From Thermoanaerobaculia bacterium (GTDB lineage Bacteria; Acidobacteriota; Thermoanaerobaculia; UBA5066): a stretch of 55,120 nt of DNA. Shown piece after piece: positions 48,465-55,120 of the stretch. The first letter of the stretch is position 1. Every line of letters begins with the position of its first letter. The notes below the pieces were generated by a model. The model searched no databases, was not told where the DNA came from, and saw only the letters and a program-made list of their open reading frames with translations. The stretch spans positions 1 through 55,120 of the forward strand of contig DASVJU010000029.1 of assembly GCA_036385755.1 (NCBI GenBank), in the 5' to 3' direction. A program made the translations under genes and the position numbers.

Positions 48465-49112
48465 ATGCTTCATCGGTTCATTCGTCGCCCTGACGTCTCC
48501 GCGGTCTGGTACACAATGGCTCTCATGGGAACCCAGTCGCCCCCGCCCGGCGCGCCACACGGCGCGCCGGGCCCCGCACCGCCGTCTCGCTTCGACGCGG
48601 GACGGCCCGCCCCTCCGATGGGTCCCTCGGGCCGGACGGTGCTCCTCGTCCTCGTCGCCCTCTCGGTTGGAGCCTGGCTCGTCCTGCGCGCCCCTTCGAG
48701 GCTCTCGGCGACCACGCTCCCACGGCTCGCCGCGGACGGAACTCCCGCCGGCGAGGCACCCGCCGGAAAATGCGCGGGCGCGAAGGGCTGCCTCATCGTC
48801 TACGTCGCCCCCTGGTGCGGACCCTGCAAGCAGTCGCTCCCCGGTGACCGCGCGCTCGCGGACCTCGTCAAGGACCGCGGCATCGAGACGACCTTCGTCG
48901 TGGGGATGGACGCGATGCCGAAGTGCGCGGAGATGGCGCGAAGCATCGGACGCGAGGTCCTCGTCGACACGTCGGGCGCGTGGGCGCAGAAAATGAACAT
49001 CCGGGCCGTGCCCCACTTCCTCGTGACCGGTCCCGACGGCAGCGTGAAGAAGCGGCAGGCGGGCGCCCTCATGGCGAGCCCGGAAGAAGTCGCGCGGAGC
49101 TTAGGGCTCTAA
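48465..49112 (+). CDS. Membrane-anchored thioredoxin-like thiol:disulfide oxidoreductase (TlpA/ResA-like)
   Basis: In-frame tail of track ORF 47061..49112. TM segment VLLVLVALSVGAWLVL. Active site VYVAPWCGPCKQ. ATG 48516 is the alternative start. Confidence 0.75.
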   Translation: MLHRFIRRPDVSAVWYTMALMGTQSPPPGAPHGAPGPAPPSRFDAGRPAPPMGPSGRTVLLVLVALSVGAWLVLRAPSRLSATTLPRLAADGTPAGEAPAGKCAGAKGCLIVYVAPWCGPCKQSLPGDRALADLVKDRGIETTFVVGMDAMPKCAEMARSIGREVLVDTSGAWAQKMNIRAVPHFLVTGPDGSVKKRQAGALMASPEEVARSLGL

Positions 49113-49143
49113 CGGCGAGGGCCGGGGCTGTGACGGCTCGGGC

Positions 49144-50844
49144 TTACGGGTTCATCTCGTAGGCGTCCTTCAGCGCGTGGACCTTCGCCCAGACGCGCTC
49201 GTACCGGGGGGCGTCGTGAACGGGCTTGCGGACGAGCTTCAACGCGTATCCCATCTGGGCTTCCGTGCCGGCCGGCTTCGAGTAGAGGTCGACCGCGTGC
49301 CTCGAGAAGTCGCGCACGAAGACGTCGAAGATCTGGTCCAGGAGGTCCGGGTCGGCCGCTTCATCGCCGAGGAGCTTCGCGTTCTCGAGGACGAGCTGCG
49401 CGTAGACGACGAGCGTGAAGAGCTCGCCGAGGGCAAGACTGAAGTCGACGTCCTTCGCCTGCTCCTCGGTCGGCGTGGCGCGCATGAGCATCTCGCGGAA
49501 GACGGCGGTCTGCTCGCGGAACACGGCGACGTTCGGCTCGGTCCGTGCGGCGAACACGGGAGCGAAATCCTGGAAGCGGACCTTCGAAAGACCGTGAGCG
49601 GGCCCTTGACCCCACAGGAAGACGTCGTCTCTCGGGTCGTCTCTCCGCGGGACGTCCGGGTAAGGCTCCGCGGCGAAGAAGTAGTTCTTCATGAACTTGA
49701 CGATGAGGGCGATGTTGACGTGGACCGTGCCCTCGAGCTTCGGGAGCGCCCGGATGTCGCGGGCGGCCATCTCGAAATACGTGTCCTTCTCGAAGCCTTT
49801 CGCCGCGATGACGTCCCAGAGGAGGTCGATCACCTTCTCGCCCTCGGTCGTGACCTTCATCTTCACGACCGGGTTGAAGAGGAGGTAGCGCCGGTCCTCG
49901 CGCGAGGCGGACCGGAAGTAGTCGGACGCCCGGAGCGCGAAGAGCTTCATCGCGACGAGGCGCGCGTACGCGTCCGTGAACATGCGCTTCACGTGCGGGA
50001 AGTCGGTGACGGCCATGCCGTAGAGCCGCCGGTTCGCGGCGTGGCGGATCGCTTCGTAGAACGCGTGCGTCGCGATGCCGATCGAGCCCCAGCCGAGGTT
50101 GTATTTCCCGACGTTGACCGTGTTCAGGGCGGCGTCCCAGGCGGCGGGACCGCGAAGCAGGATCTCGGCTTCCGAGACCGGATAGTCGCGGAGGACGAAC
50201 TCCGCGACGTAGGACTGGCTCGCGACGACGTTTCGCACGAGCTCGTACCCGGGGCGCTTCGGGTCGACGGCGAAGAAGACGTACTCGTCCGTCCCCGCGA
50301 TCTTTCCGAAGACCGACAGCAGCGCCGCCTCGTTCCCGTTCCCGATGTAGTACTTGTCCCCGCGCGCGAGATACGTTCCCGCGCCGACCGGAACGAGCTG
50401 CATGCCGGAGGAATAGATGTCCGCGCCGTGCTCTTTCTCCGAGAGGCCGAAGCCGAAGATTCCACCGTCTTTCAGGAGGCGGGCCGCCTCCTTCTTCGCC
50501 TCTTCGTTGCCGCTCATCCAGAAGGGTCCGAGCCCCAGGATCGTGACCTGCCACGTGTACCAGTACGGCAGGCCGTAGAACGCGAGGACTTCGTTGAGCG
50601 CGCAGTTCCGATACGTGTCCCAGCGCGACGCGGCGCCGTAGGGCGAGGGCGTGAGAAACGTCGCGAACAGCTTCTCCTTCTTCACGAAGGCGAGGAAGTC
50701 CGCGTACCAGACGCGCTCGAGGTCGTCCCTTCGGAGGGCCGACTTCCCCTTCGCCTCGAAGAACGCGATCGTTTTTTCGACGAGATCCTGCGAGACCGGA
50801 TCGAGCGGCAGCGGGAGGGAGCGCTTGGGATTGAGAAGCAGCAT
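49144..50844 (-). CDS. Acyl-CoA dehydrogenase family protein (long, about 566 aa type)
   Basis: The ORF has the coding character of a real gene. Motifs FGFGLSEKEHGADIYS and YNLGWGSIGIATHAF resemble the ACAD middle and C-terminal domains. Confidence 0.75.
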   Translation of the reverse strand: MLLLNPKRSLPLPLDPVSQDLVEKTIAFFEAKGKSALRRDDLERVWYADFLAFVKKEKLFATFLTPSPYGAASRWDTYRNCALNEVLAFYGLPYWYTWQVTILGLGPFWMSGNEEAKKEAARLLKDGGIFGFGLSEKEHGADIYSSGMQLVPVGAGTYLARGDKYYIGNGNEAALLSVFGKIAGTDEYVFFAVDPKRPGYELVRNVVASQSYVAEFVLRDYPVSEAEILLRGPAAWDAALNTVNVGKYNLGWGSIGIATHAFYEAIRHAANRRLYGMAVTDFPHVKRMFTDAYARLVAMKLFALRASDYFRSASREDRRYLLFNPVVKMKVTTEGEKVIDLLWDVIAAKGFEKDTYFEMAARDIRALPKLEGTVHVNIALIVKFMKNYFFAAEPYPDVPRRDDPRDDVFLWGQGPAHGLSKVRFQDFAPVFAARTEPNVAVFREQTAVFREMLMRATPTEEQAKDVDFSLALGELFTLVVYAQLVLENAKLLGDEAADPDLLDQIFDVFVRDFSRHAVDLYSKPAGTEAQMGYALKLVRKPVHDAPRYERVWAKVHALKDAYEMNP

Positions 50845-50957
50845 GGCGGGATTGTCGCCTGTCCGCCTCCCGGCACGACCGTCGCGGTCAAAGCCTTCGA
50901 ACCGGAGCGGGATCGAAGGACCAAGCTATTTGGTTATAAAGTAATGATACGATTCCC

Positions 50958-50982
50958 GAACGTGGCGGAAAGCGGCCGCGTC
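50958..50982 (+). promoter_or_regulatory. ECF-sigma-type promoter candidate (GAAC-N17-CGTC) upstream of the Met-rich protein / ECF sigma operon
   Basis: cGAACgtggcggaaagcggccgCGTCc ends 18 nt before ATG 51000. The SD-like GGGAGG lies in between. The ECF sigma gene is in the same transcriptional direction downstream. Confidence 0.35.
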
Positions 50983-50999
50983 CACACAGGGAGGCCCTC

Positions 51000-51908
51000 A
51001 TGAAGTCAGTTCGATCGATTCTCGCCGCGACGACCGTCGCCGTCACGCTTATGGCATTTCCCGCCTTCGCCCAGATGGGCGGCGGTCCCGGCACCGGAAC
51101 CCAGAACGGCCCGATGGACGGCATGACGAACGGCAGCGAAGACCTCGTCATCCCCGCGGGCGTCCGTGGGCCGGGCCTTTTCGGCTCGTTCTTCGTGACC
51201 GATCTCTGGATCAAGGCGAGCGCGACGGGAACCGCGACGCTCTATTTCCACAAGGCCGACTCGGCCACCTCGGCGCCTTTCGCGACGACGACCGTCAGTC
51301 TGACCCAGCCCATCACGTACCTGCCGGACGTCCTCCAGGCAAACTTCGGCATCCCGACCGGCTTCGGGGCGATCCGCGTCGCCGCAAGCTTCTCGGTCTC
51401 GGCGACCGTGCGCGTCTACAACCAGTCCGGTGCCGGCGCTTACGGGCTCGCGTTCATGGGGATGCCCACGCGCATGTCCATGAGCTCGCTTCCGATGACG
51501 GGCGGGCACGGGATGGACGAGTATGCGATGTACATGCTCGGGCTCCTGCCGGAGCCGGGTAACCGCGTCAACGTGAACGTCGTCTCCACCTCGGGCGACG
51601 GCGCCGCGGGGGTCGTGGAGATCGTCGACGCCGACGCCAGCACCCCGTCTGGCTCCGGCGCGAAGAGTCTTCCCTTCACGCTTGCGGGCTTCTCGTCGCA
51701 CCAGTTCAACGACGTCCTCGCGAACGTCCACTCGAAGTTCCCGGCCGGCGACGCGGGCCTCCAGGTCCGGGTTCGGATGAGCCAGGGTGCGTCGGGGATG
51801 GTGATGTCCTACGCGGTCGTGAACGACAACCTCACGAACGACGGGTACGTCGTGATGGGGAACATGATGAACGGCGGCCGCGGCATGGGCGGCGGCATGA
51901 TGCCCTGA
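51000..51908 (+). CDS. Secreted Met/Gly-rich protein, function unknown (candidate periplasmic Cu(I)/Ag(I)-binding protein)
   Basis: 302 aa. Signal peptide MKSVRSILAATTVAVTLMAFPAFA. Met-rich N-terminal (QMGGGPGTGTQNGPMDGMTNG), internal (FMGMPTRMSMSSLPMTGGHGMDEYAMYM) and C-terminal (VMGNMMNGGRGMGGGMMP) segments flank a beta-rich core. Confidence 0.7.
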   Translation: MKSVRSILAATTVAVTLMAFPAFAQMGGGPGTGTQNGPMDGMTNGSEDLVIPAGVRGPGLFGSFFVTDLWIKASATGTATLYFHKADSATSAPFATTTVSLTQPITYLPDVLQANFGIPTGFGAIRVAASFSVSATVRVYNQSGAGAYGLAFMGMPTRMSMSSLPMTGGHGMDEYAMYMLGLLPEPGNRVNVNVVSTSGDGAAGVVEIVDADASTPSGSGAKSLPFTLAGFSSHQFNDVLANVHSKFPAGDAGLQVRVRMSQGASGMVMSYAVVNDNLTNDGYVVMGNMMNGGRGMGGGMMP

Positions 51909-51913
51909 CACCG

Positions 51914-51936
51914 TCGGGGCTCGACGCACGGGATCC
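51914..51936 (+). repeat. 23-nt exact repeat, copy 1 (TCGGGGCTCGACGCACGGGATCC)
   Basis: Identical to 54099-54121. Here it sits inside a 10-bp-stem hairpin (51911-51920 pairs with 51937-51946), just after the stop of the Met-rich protein gene and before the sigma gene. Confidence 0.85.
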
Positions 51937-52013
51937 GCCCCGATGGACCCGAAGCGCTCAGGCCGCGCGTCGCCGGCGTGACCAGATCGCGCTCGCCGTG
52001 CGTCTTCCTTAGG

Positions 52014-52598
52014 ATGCACGCGGTGGCCGAACACTTCGAGGAGAGGCTCCTCGCGAGCGATGTCTCGTGGGGGGAAGCGTTGCGCGCCCCTTTCGACGCC
52101 CTCGCGGCGGGCGATTCGGCGGCGCTGGGAACGATCTGGGACCTCGCGTCCCGCCGGCTCTACGGCCTCGCCCTCTGGCGAACCGGCTGCGAAGAGGATG
52201 CGCGCGACGTCGTCCAGGACGTCTTCGTGCGCCTCGTCTCGCGGCGCGGCGAGCTGGGCGATGTCGAAACGCCGCACGTCTGGCTCCTCGCAGTCACCCA
52301 CAACGCTGCGGTGGACTTGGTGCGGCGAAGCGCCCGGTGCCGAACGGAGCCGCTTGAAAGCGCCGCCCACGTCGCGGCGCCCGGGGCCAACCCGGAGCGC
52401 GCGGCCGTGGCGTCCCGGGCCTCCCGCGCGCTCGAGCAGCTCCCGCCACCCCAGCGCGAGGCCGTTCTTCTCCACCACGTCGCCGGCTGCTCGTTCCGCG
52501 AGATCGGGGCGATCACCGGCGTCCCCGCCTTCACCGCGGCGAGCCGTTGCCGCCTCGCGCTCGCGCGGCTCCGCCGCCTGATTGGAGGCTCCCGATGA
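52014..52598 (+). CDS. ECF (group IV) RNA polymerase sigma factor
   Basis: Region 2 (LYGLALWRTGCEEDARDVVQDVFVRLV...WLLAVTHNAAVDLVRR) and region 4 (LPPPQREAVLLHHVAGCSFREIGAITGVPAFTAASRCRLALARLR) are present. GTG 51978 is the alternative start. Confidence 0.85.
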   Translation: MHAVAEHFEERLLASDVSWGEALRAPFDALAAGDSAALGTIWDLASRRLYGLALWRTGCEEDARDVVQDVFVRLVSRRGELGDVETPHVWLLAVTHNAAVDLVRRSARCRTEPLESAAHVAAPGANPERAAVASRASRALEQLPPPQREAVLLHHVAGCSFREIGAITGVPAFTAASRCRLALARLRRLIGGSR

Positions 52599-52930
52599 AC
52601 GACGACCTTCCGCTTCGCGGGCTCGAGCCGCCCGCCGTTCCCGCTGGCCTGCGGGAGGACGCCCTCGCGGCCGCACGCGCCGCGTTCGCGGCGGCGCCGC
52701 ACCGGGATTTCTGGGCGCGGCTCCTCGCGAGCTCCGTCGCGCGCCTCGCGTGGGCCGCCTGCGTCACCGCGCTCATCGCCGCGAACGCCCTTCTCCCGCG
52801 GAACGGGCAGCCCCTCGCTGCCGCCACGTCCGCGGCAGCGACACGGCCAGACCCCGAGCTCGCCTCGATCGCCCGCCTCCCCCGCATCGACGAACACGCG
52901 CTTCCTGCGCCGGAAGGAGACCGCTCGTGA
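52595..52930 (+). CDS. Single-TM putative anti-sigma factor (no zinc-binding HxxxCxxC, no FecR domain)
   Basis: 111 aa. ATG overlaps the sigma stop (ATGA). One TM segment (LAWAACVTALIAANALL). The call rests on position only. Confidence 0.5.
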   Translation: MNDDLPLRGLEPPAVPAGLREDALAAARAAFAAAPHRDFWARLLASSVARLAWAACVTALIAANALLPRNGQPLAAATSAAATRPDPELASIARLPRIDEHALPAPEGDRS

Positions 52931-54009
52931 GCCGCCCCCGCACCCTGGTCCTCGCCGCCCTCTCCCTCGTCGCCGTTCTCGCCGCCGCTCTCGGGATCCG
53001 ATGGGCATGGCTCGGGCGGCGCTTTCCGGCGCCGCCGGCAAAGCCGCCGCTCACCCGCTTCGACAAGCCCGCACCGCCTGCGCGCGTTCCCGTCCCGATC
53101 CACGTCGACGTCCCGAAGGTGCCGTGCTGGTCCTGCCCCGACAGCGAGAAGTGGCCGATCCGGTTCCAAACCGACCTCGACCTCCTCGCGCCGCTCGGCG
53201 ACGGCTCCGCGAACGCTGCGCTCTGGCTCAAGGACTTCGCGAAACCGCAGGGGGCGCGTCTCCCGGAGGCAGAGAAGGCGATGCAGCGCCGCATCGCCGG
53301 ACCGGGCGACTTCGGGCTCGTCCTGCCTCCCGGCGATCCTCTCCTGAAGGAGGCGGAACCGTGGGCCGACCAGGCGTCTTTGCGCTTCTATCCCGACGTT
53401 TGGGCCGTCGAAGGCGGTTCGACGCCGCTCCCGAACCTCCTCGTCTCGCTGTCCTTCGCGAAATCCTGGGCGGCTCGCGCCGCCTCGAATCCCGACGCCC
53501 CGGCGGCGATCGAGGACTGCCGCCGCGCGATCCGCTGGGGACGGCTCCTCCGGCAGGACGACGCCACGATCATCCAGGACCTCATCGGCCTAGCGAGCAT
53601 CCGGATCGGAGCCGAGCAGCTCTATGTGCTCGCGGCGCGCCACGGTGACCAGCCGCTCATGCTCGCCGCCGCGATCGTGCAGGGCGAGGCGGCGCCACAG
53701 CGCCTGCGCACGGCGCAGCTCCTGACCCGCGTCGGCATCCAAGCTGCGGAGAAGGACGCCGTCACCGACGGGAAGGTCGACGACGTGATCGGCGTCGCGA
53801 AGACCTCGCCCGACCGCCGCTTCCGCAACGAGGCGATCGTCATGCTCGGGTTCGCGCGCTTCATGGGCTCTTCAGCCCAGTGCAGGAAGGCCGAAAGGGG
53901 ATTGGCCGAGCTGAAGGCGTCACCCGACACGATGACGGCGGGCAACGCGCGATGGGCGCTCGAGCTTCGCCGCGCGGACCTCTCGCGCTTTTCGAACGGC
54001 AACATCTGA
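52927..54009 (+). CDS. Membrane-anchored, mostly helical protein of unknown function (360 aa)
   Basis: GTG overlaps the previous stop (GTGA). In-frame tail of track ORF 52582..54009. N-terminal TM segment LVLAALSLVAVLAAALGI, a CWSCPD motif, then a helical-looking domain. I recognise no family. Confidence 0.6.
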   Translation: MSRPRTLVLAALSLVAVLAAALGIRWAWLGRRFPAPPAKPPLTRFDKPAPPARVPVPIHVDVPKVPCWSCPDSEKWPIRFQTDLDLLAPLGDGSANAALWLKDFAKPQGARLPEAEKAMQRRIAGPGDFGLVLPPGDPLLKEAEPWADQASLRFYPDVWAVEGGSTPLPNLLVSLSFAKSWAARAASNPDAPAAIEDCRRAIRWGRLLRQDDATIIQDLIGLASIRIGAEQLYVLAARHGDQPLMLAAAIVQGEAAPQRLRTAQLLTRVGIQAAEKDAVTDGKVDDVIGVAKTSPDRRFRNEAIVMLGFARFMGSSAQCRKAERGLAELKASPDTMTAGNARWALELRRADLSRFSNGNI

Positions 54010-54098
54010 GAGCAAGGCTGATCCAGCTGTATCCGAGCGGTTCGTCGCGCTTCGCGGCAGGGTCGAGATACTCGAGACGGTTGGAGCGTACGCGTACA

Positions 54099-54121
54099 TC
54101 GGGGCTCGACGCACGGGATCC
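54099..54121 (+). repeat. 23-nt exact repeat, copy 2 (TCGGGGCTCGACGCACGGGATCC)
   Basis: Identical to 51914-51936. It ends 26 nt upstream of ATG 54148. Confidence 0.85.
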
Positions 54122-54147
54122 TCGTTAGGTAGGATGGCGCACCCTCG

Positions 54148-54789
54148 ATGCGCGGTTGGATCCTTGCCGCCGCTCTCCTCCACGCGCTGCCCGCGTTCGC
54201 CGGCGCGGTTCTGCCACTGCCGCGCTCCGGCGAGCGCGTGAGATCTCCGGAGCGTGTCGAGGTCCGGCTCCCCGGGCTCGCCCTCCCCCAAGACACCCGC
54301 GAGAAGGAGCTCGTCCTTTCCCTCGACGGCGGGCAGTCGTACCGCGTCCGCATCACGGCGGAGATCGGCGCAGCGGAAAAGAGCCTGGTCTTCCGCGTTC
54401 CCAACCTTCCGTCCACTCGCGCCCGCCTGGCGCTTCGGGCCGGGGACGGGACCCGCGAGGTCGTCGTCGCCGAGAGCGCGATCTTCGTCATCGAGCGGGA
54501 CCCGGCATCGCCCCTCGAGACGGTGACGCGCATCGGTCTCGAATTGGGGACGCGCGAGGCGCTCGAGGGTCAGCCCGGAGAGCCGCTGCTTCCCTCGCGT
54601 CTCGCCGGCCGCGACGAGTCCGTCCTCGAAGAGCCGGACGAGTCGGCCCTGGCCGAAGCCCCTTCGCCGCTCCTCCTCCCGGTGCCTCCGGGTGAAACTC
54701 CCAGGCACGCCGAGGCACCGCCCCCCACTGTCCGAACGGCCGTCTCGCCGGCCCAGCGTCTGCCCCTCGACCGCCCCAAGCGGGAATAG
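54148..54789 (+). CDS. Secreted protein of unknown function
   Basis: 213 aa. Signal peptide MRGWILAAALLHALPAFAGA. The N-terminal half is beta-rich and the tail is Pro/Glu-rich. Confidence 0.6.
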   Translation: MRGWILAAALLHALPAFAGAVLPLPRSGERVRSPERVEVRLPGLALPQDTREKELVLSLDGGQSYRVRITAEIGAAEKSLVFRVPNLPSTRARLALRAGDGTREVVVAESAIFVIERDPASPLETVTRIGLELGTREALEGQPGEPLLPSRLAGRDESVLEEPDESALAEAPSPLLLPVPPGETPRHAEAPPPTVRTAVSPAQRLPLDRPKRE

Positions 54790-54792
54790 AGA

Positions 54793-54855
54793 CTCCTTCC
54801 TTTCCTCCTTCTCAACGACTCGAAGGCGGCGCTTCGTGCGCCGTGAAAGGAAGGA
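54793..54855 (+). promoter_or_regulatory. Structured leader: an 11-bp stem pairs a CT-rich tract with the ribosome binding site of the downstream TonB-dependent receptor gene
   Basis: UCCUUCCUUUC (54793-54803) is the exact complement of GAAAGGAAGGA (54845-54855), which is the SD region 7 nt before ATG 54863. The 41-nt loop contains two small GC hairpins that share bases and so exclude each other (CGAAG..CTTCG, GGCGC..GCGCC). Confidence 0.45.
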
Positions 54856-54862
54856 ATCCACC

Positions 54863-55120
54863 ATGAATTCATTTCGTCTTGCCGTGCTGTCCGGCGCGGC
54901 GTTCCTGGCGTTCCCCCGCCTGTCGGGCGCCCAGCCGGCGCCCGCTCCGACGCCCACGCCCGCCCCCGTCTCCACGGAGATCGTGGTCTCGGCGACCAAG
55001 ATGCCCGAGGAAGCCGTCGACATCCCCGGCTCCGCGTCCGTGATCAGCGGTGACGAGCTCCGCCGGACCGGCGCCCGGACCGTCGCGGACGCGATCATCG
55101 ACGTCGTCGGTCTGGACACG
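54863..55120 (+). CDS. TonB-dependent receptor, N-terminal part only (runs off the right edge)
   Basis: Open to the window end, so it is absent from the track. Signal peptide MNSFRLAVLSGAAFLAFPRLSGA, a Pro/Thr linker, then plug motifs EIVVSATKMPEEAVDIPGSASVISGDELRRTGARTVADAI. Confidence 0.75.
   Translation, partial: MNSFRLAVLSGAAFLAFPRLSGAQPAPAPTPTPAPVSTEIVVSATKMPEEAVDIPGSASVISGDELRRTGARTVADAIIDVVGLDT

Noticed and set aside
50895-50935. Two adjacent small hairpins (CCTTCGA..TCGAAGG and ACCAA..TTGGT) with a tRNA T-arm-like look in the 156-nt intergenic region
   Set aside because: No cloverleaf can be built, since there is no acceptor stem, anticodon arm or GTTCRANYC box. It is more likely part of the divergent promoter or leader region.
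51978-55120. FecI/FecR/FecA-type cell-surface signalling as an explanation for ECF sigma + anti-sigma + TonB-dependent receptor
   Set aside because: The anti-sigma candidate is only 111 aa and has no FecR-like periplasmic domain. The receptor goes straight from signal peptide and linker into the plug, with no N-terminal signalling extension. Two unrelated genes separate them.

Overview
This is a very GC-rich bacterial chromosomal window (about 70% GC by eye). It is densely coded, and I saw no rRNA, tRNA, CRISPR array, transposase or integrase. From left to right the supported content is:
- Partial response regulator, ligA, a secreted M1 peptidase with a coupled membrane protein and miaE, a DOPA-dioxygenase-like gene, a TonB-dependent receptor, and a REC-PilZ protein.
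- dCMP deaminase, an ACE-like M2 peptidase, and a FabF / non-catalytic KS-like / thioesterase cassette.
- A minus-strand regulatory operon: FHA-AAA+ activator, NtrB-like kinase, minimal HisKA_3 kinase, LuxR-type regulator and a small Cys-tailed peptide.
- A LuxR-family regulator, then smc.
- A heme-copper oxidase operon: coxB, coxA, coxC, diheme cytochrome c, a Cys-less SCO-like protein, a second subunit III, subunit IV and a small CPSC protein.
- A Ser/Thr kinase fused to a TonB-C-like domain, an OmpA lipoprotein and a large membrane protein.
- A copper/silver resistance island of about 11 kb with several uncharacterised Met-rich or Cys-rich accessory genes.
- An acyl-CoA dehydrogenase.
- An ECF sigma cluster led by a Met-rich secreted protein and ending in a partial TonB-dependent receptor.

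The most unusual signals:
- A low-GC purine-rich DNA module recurs at least four to five times. Two copies lie in-frame inside copA and are read in different frames.
- About 77 nt near 38.9 kb are roughly 90% identical to the 3' end of the Met-rich gene at 51 kb.
- A 58-aa YHS/TRASH ORF is missing from the ORF track. It is coupled to a 40-aa Met/Gly-rich membrane peptide.
- A secreted protein with three CC pairs heads the cus operon.
- A 23-nt exact repeat occurs twice in the ECF cluster.
- Two gene leaders can fold into hairpins that pair with their own ribosome binding site.

All functional calls come from motif recognition by eye. No database search was run.
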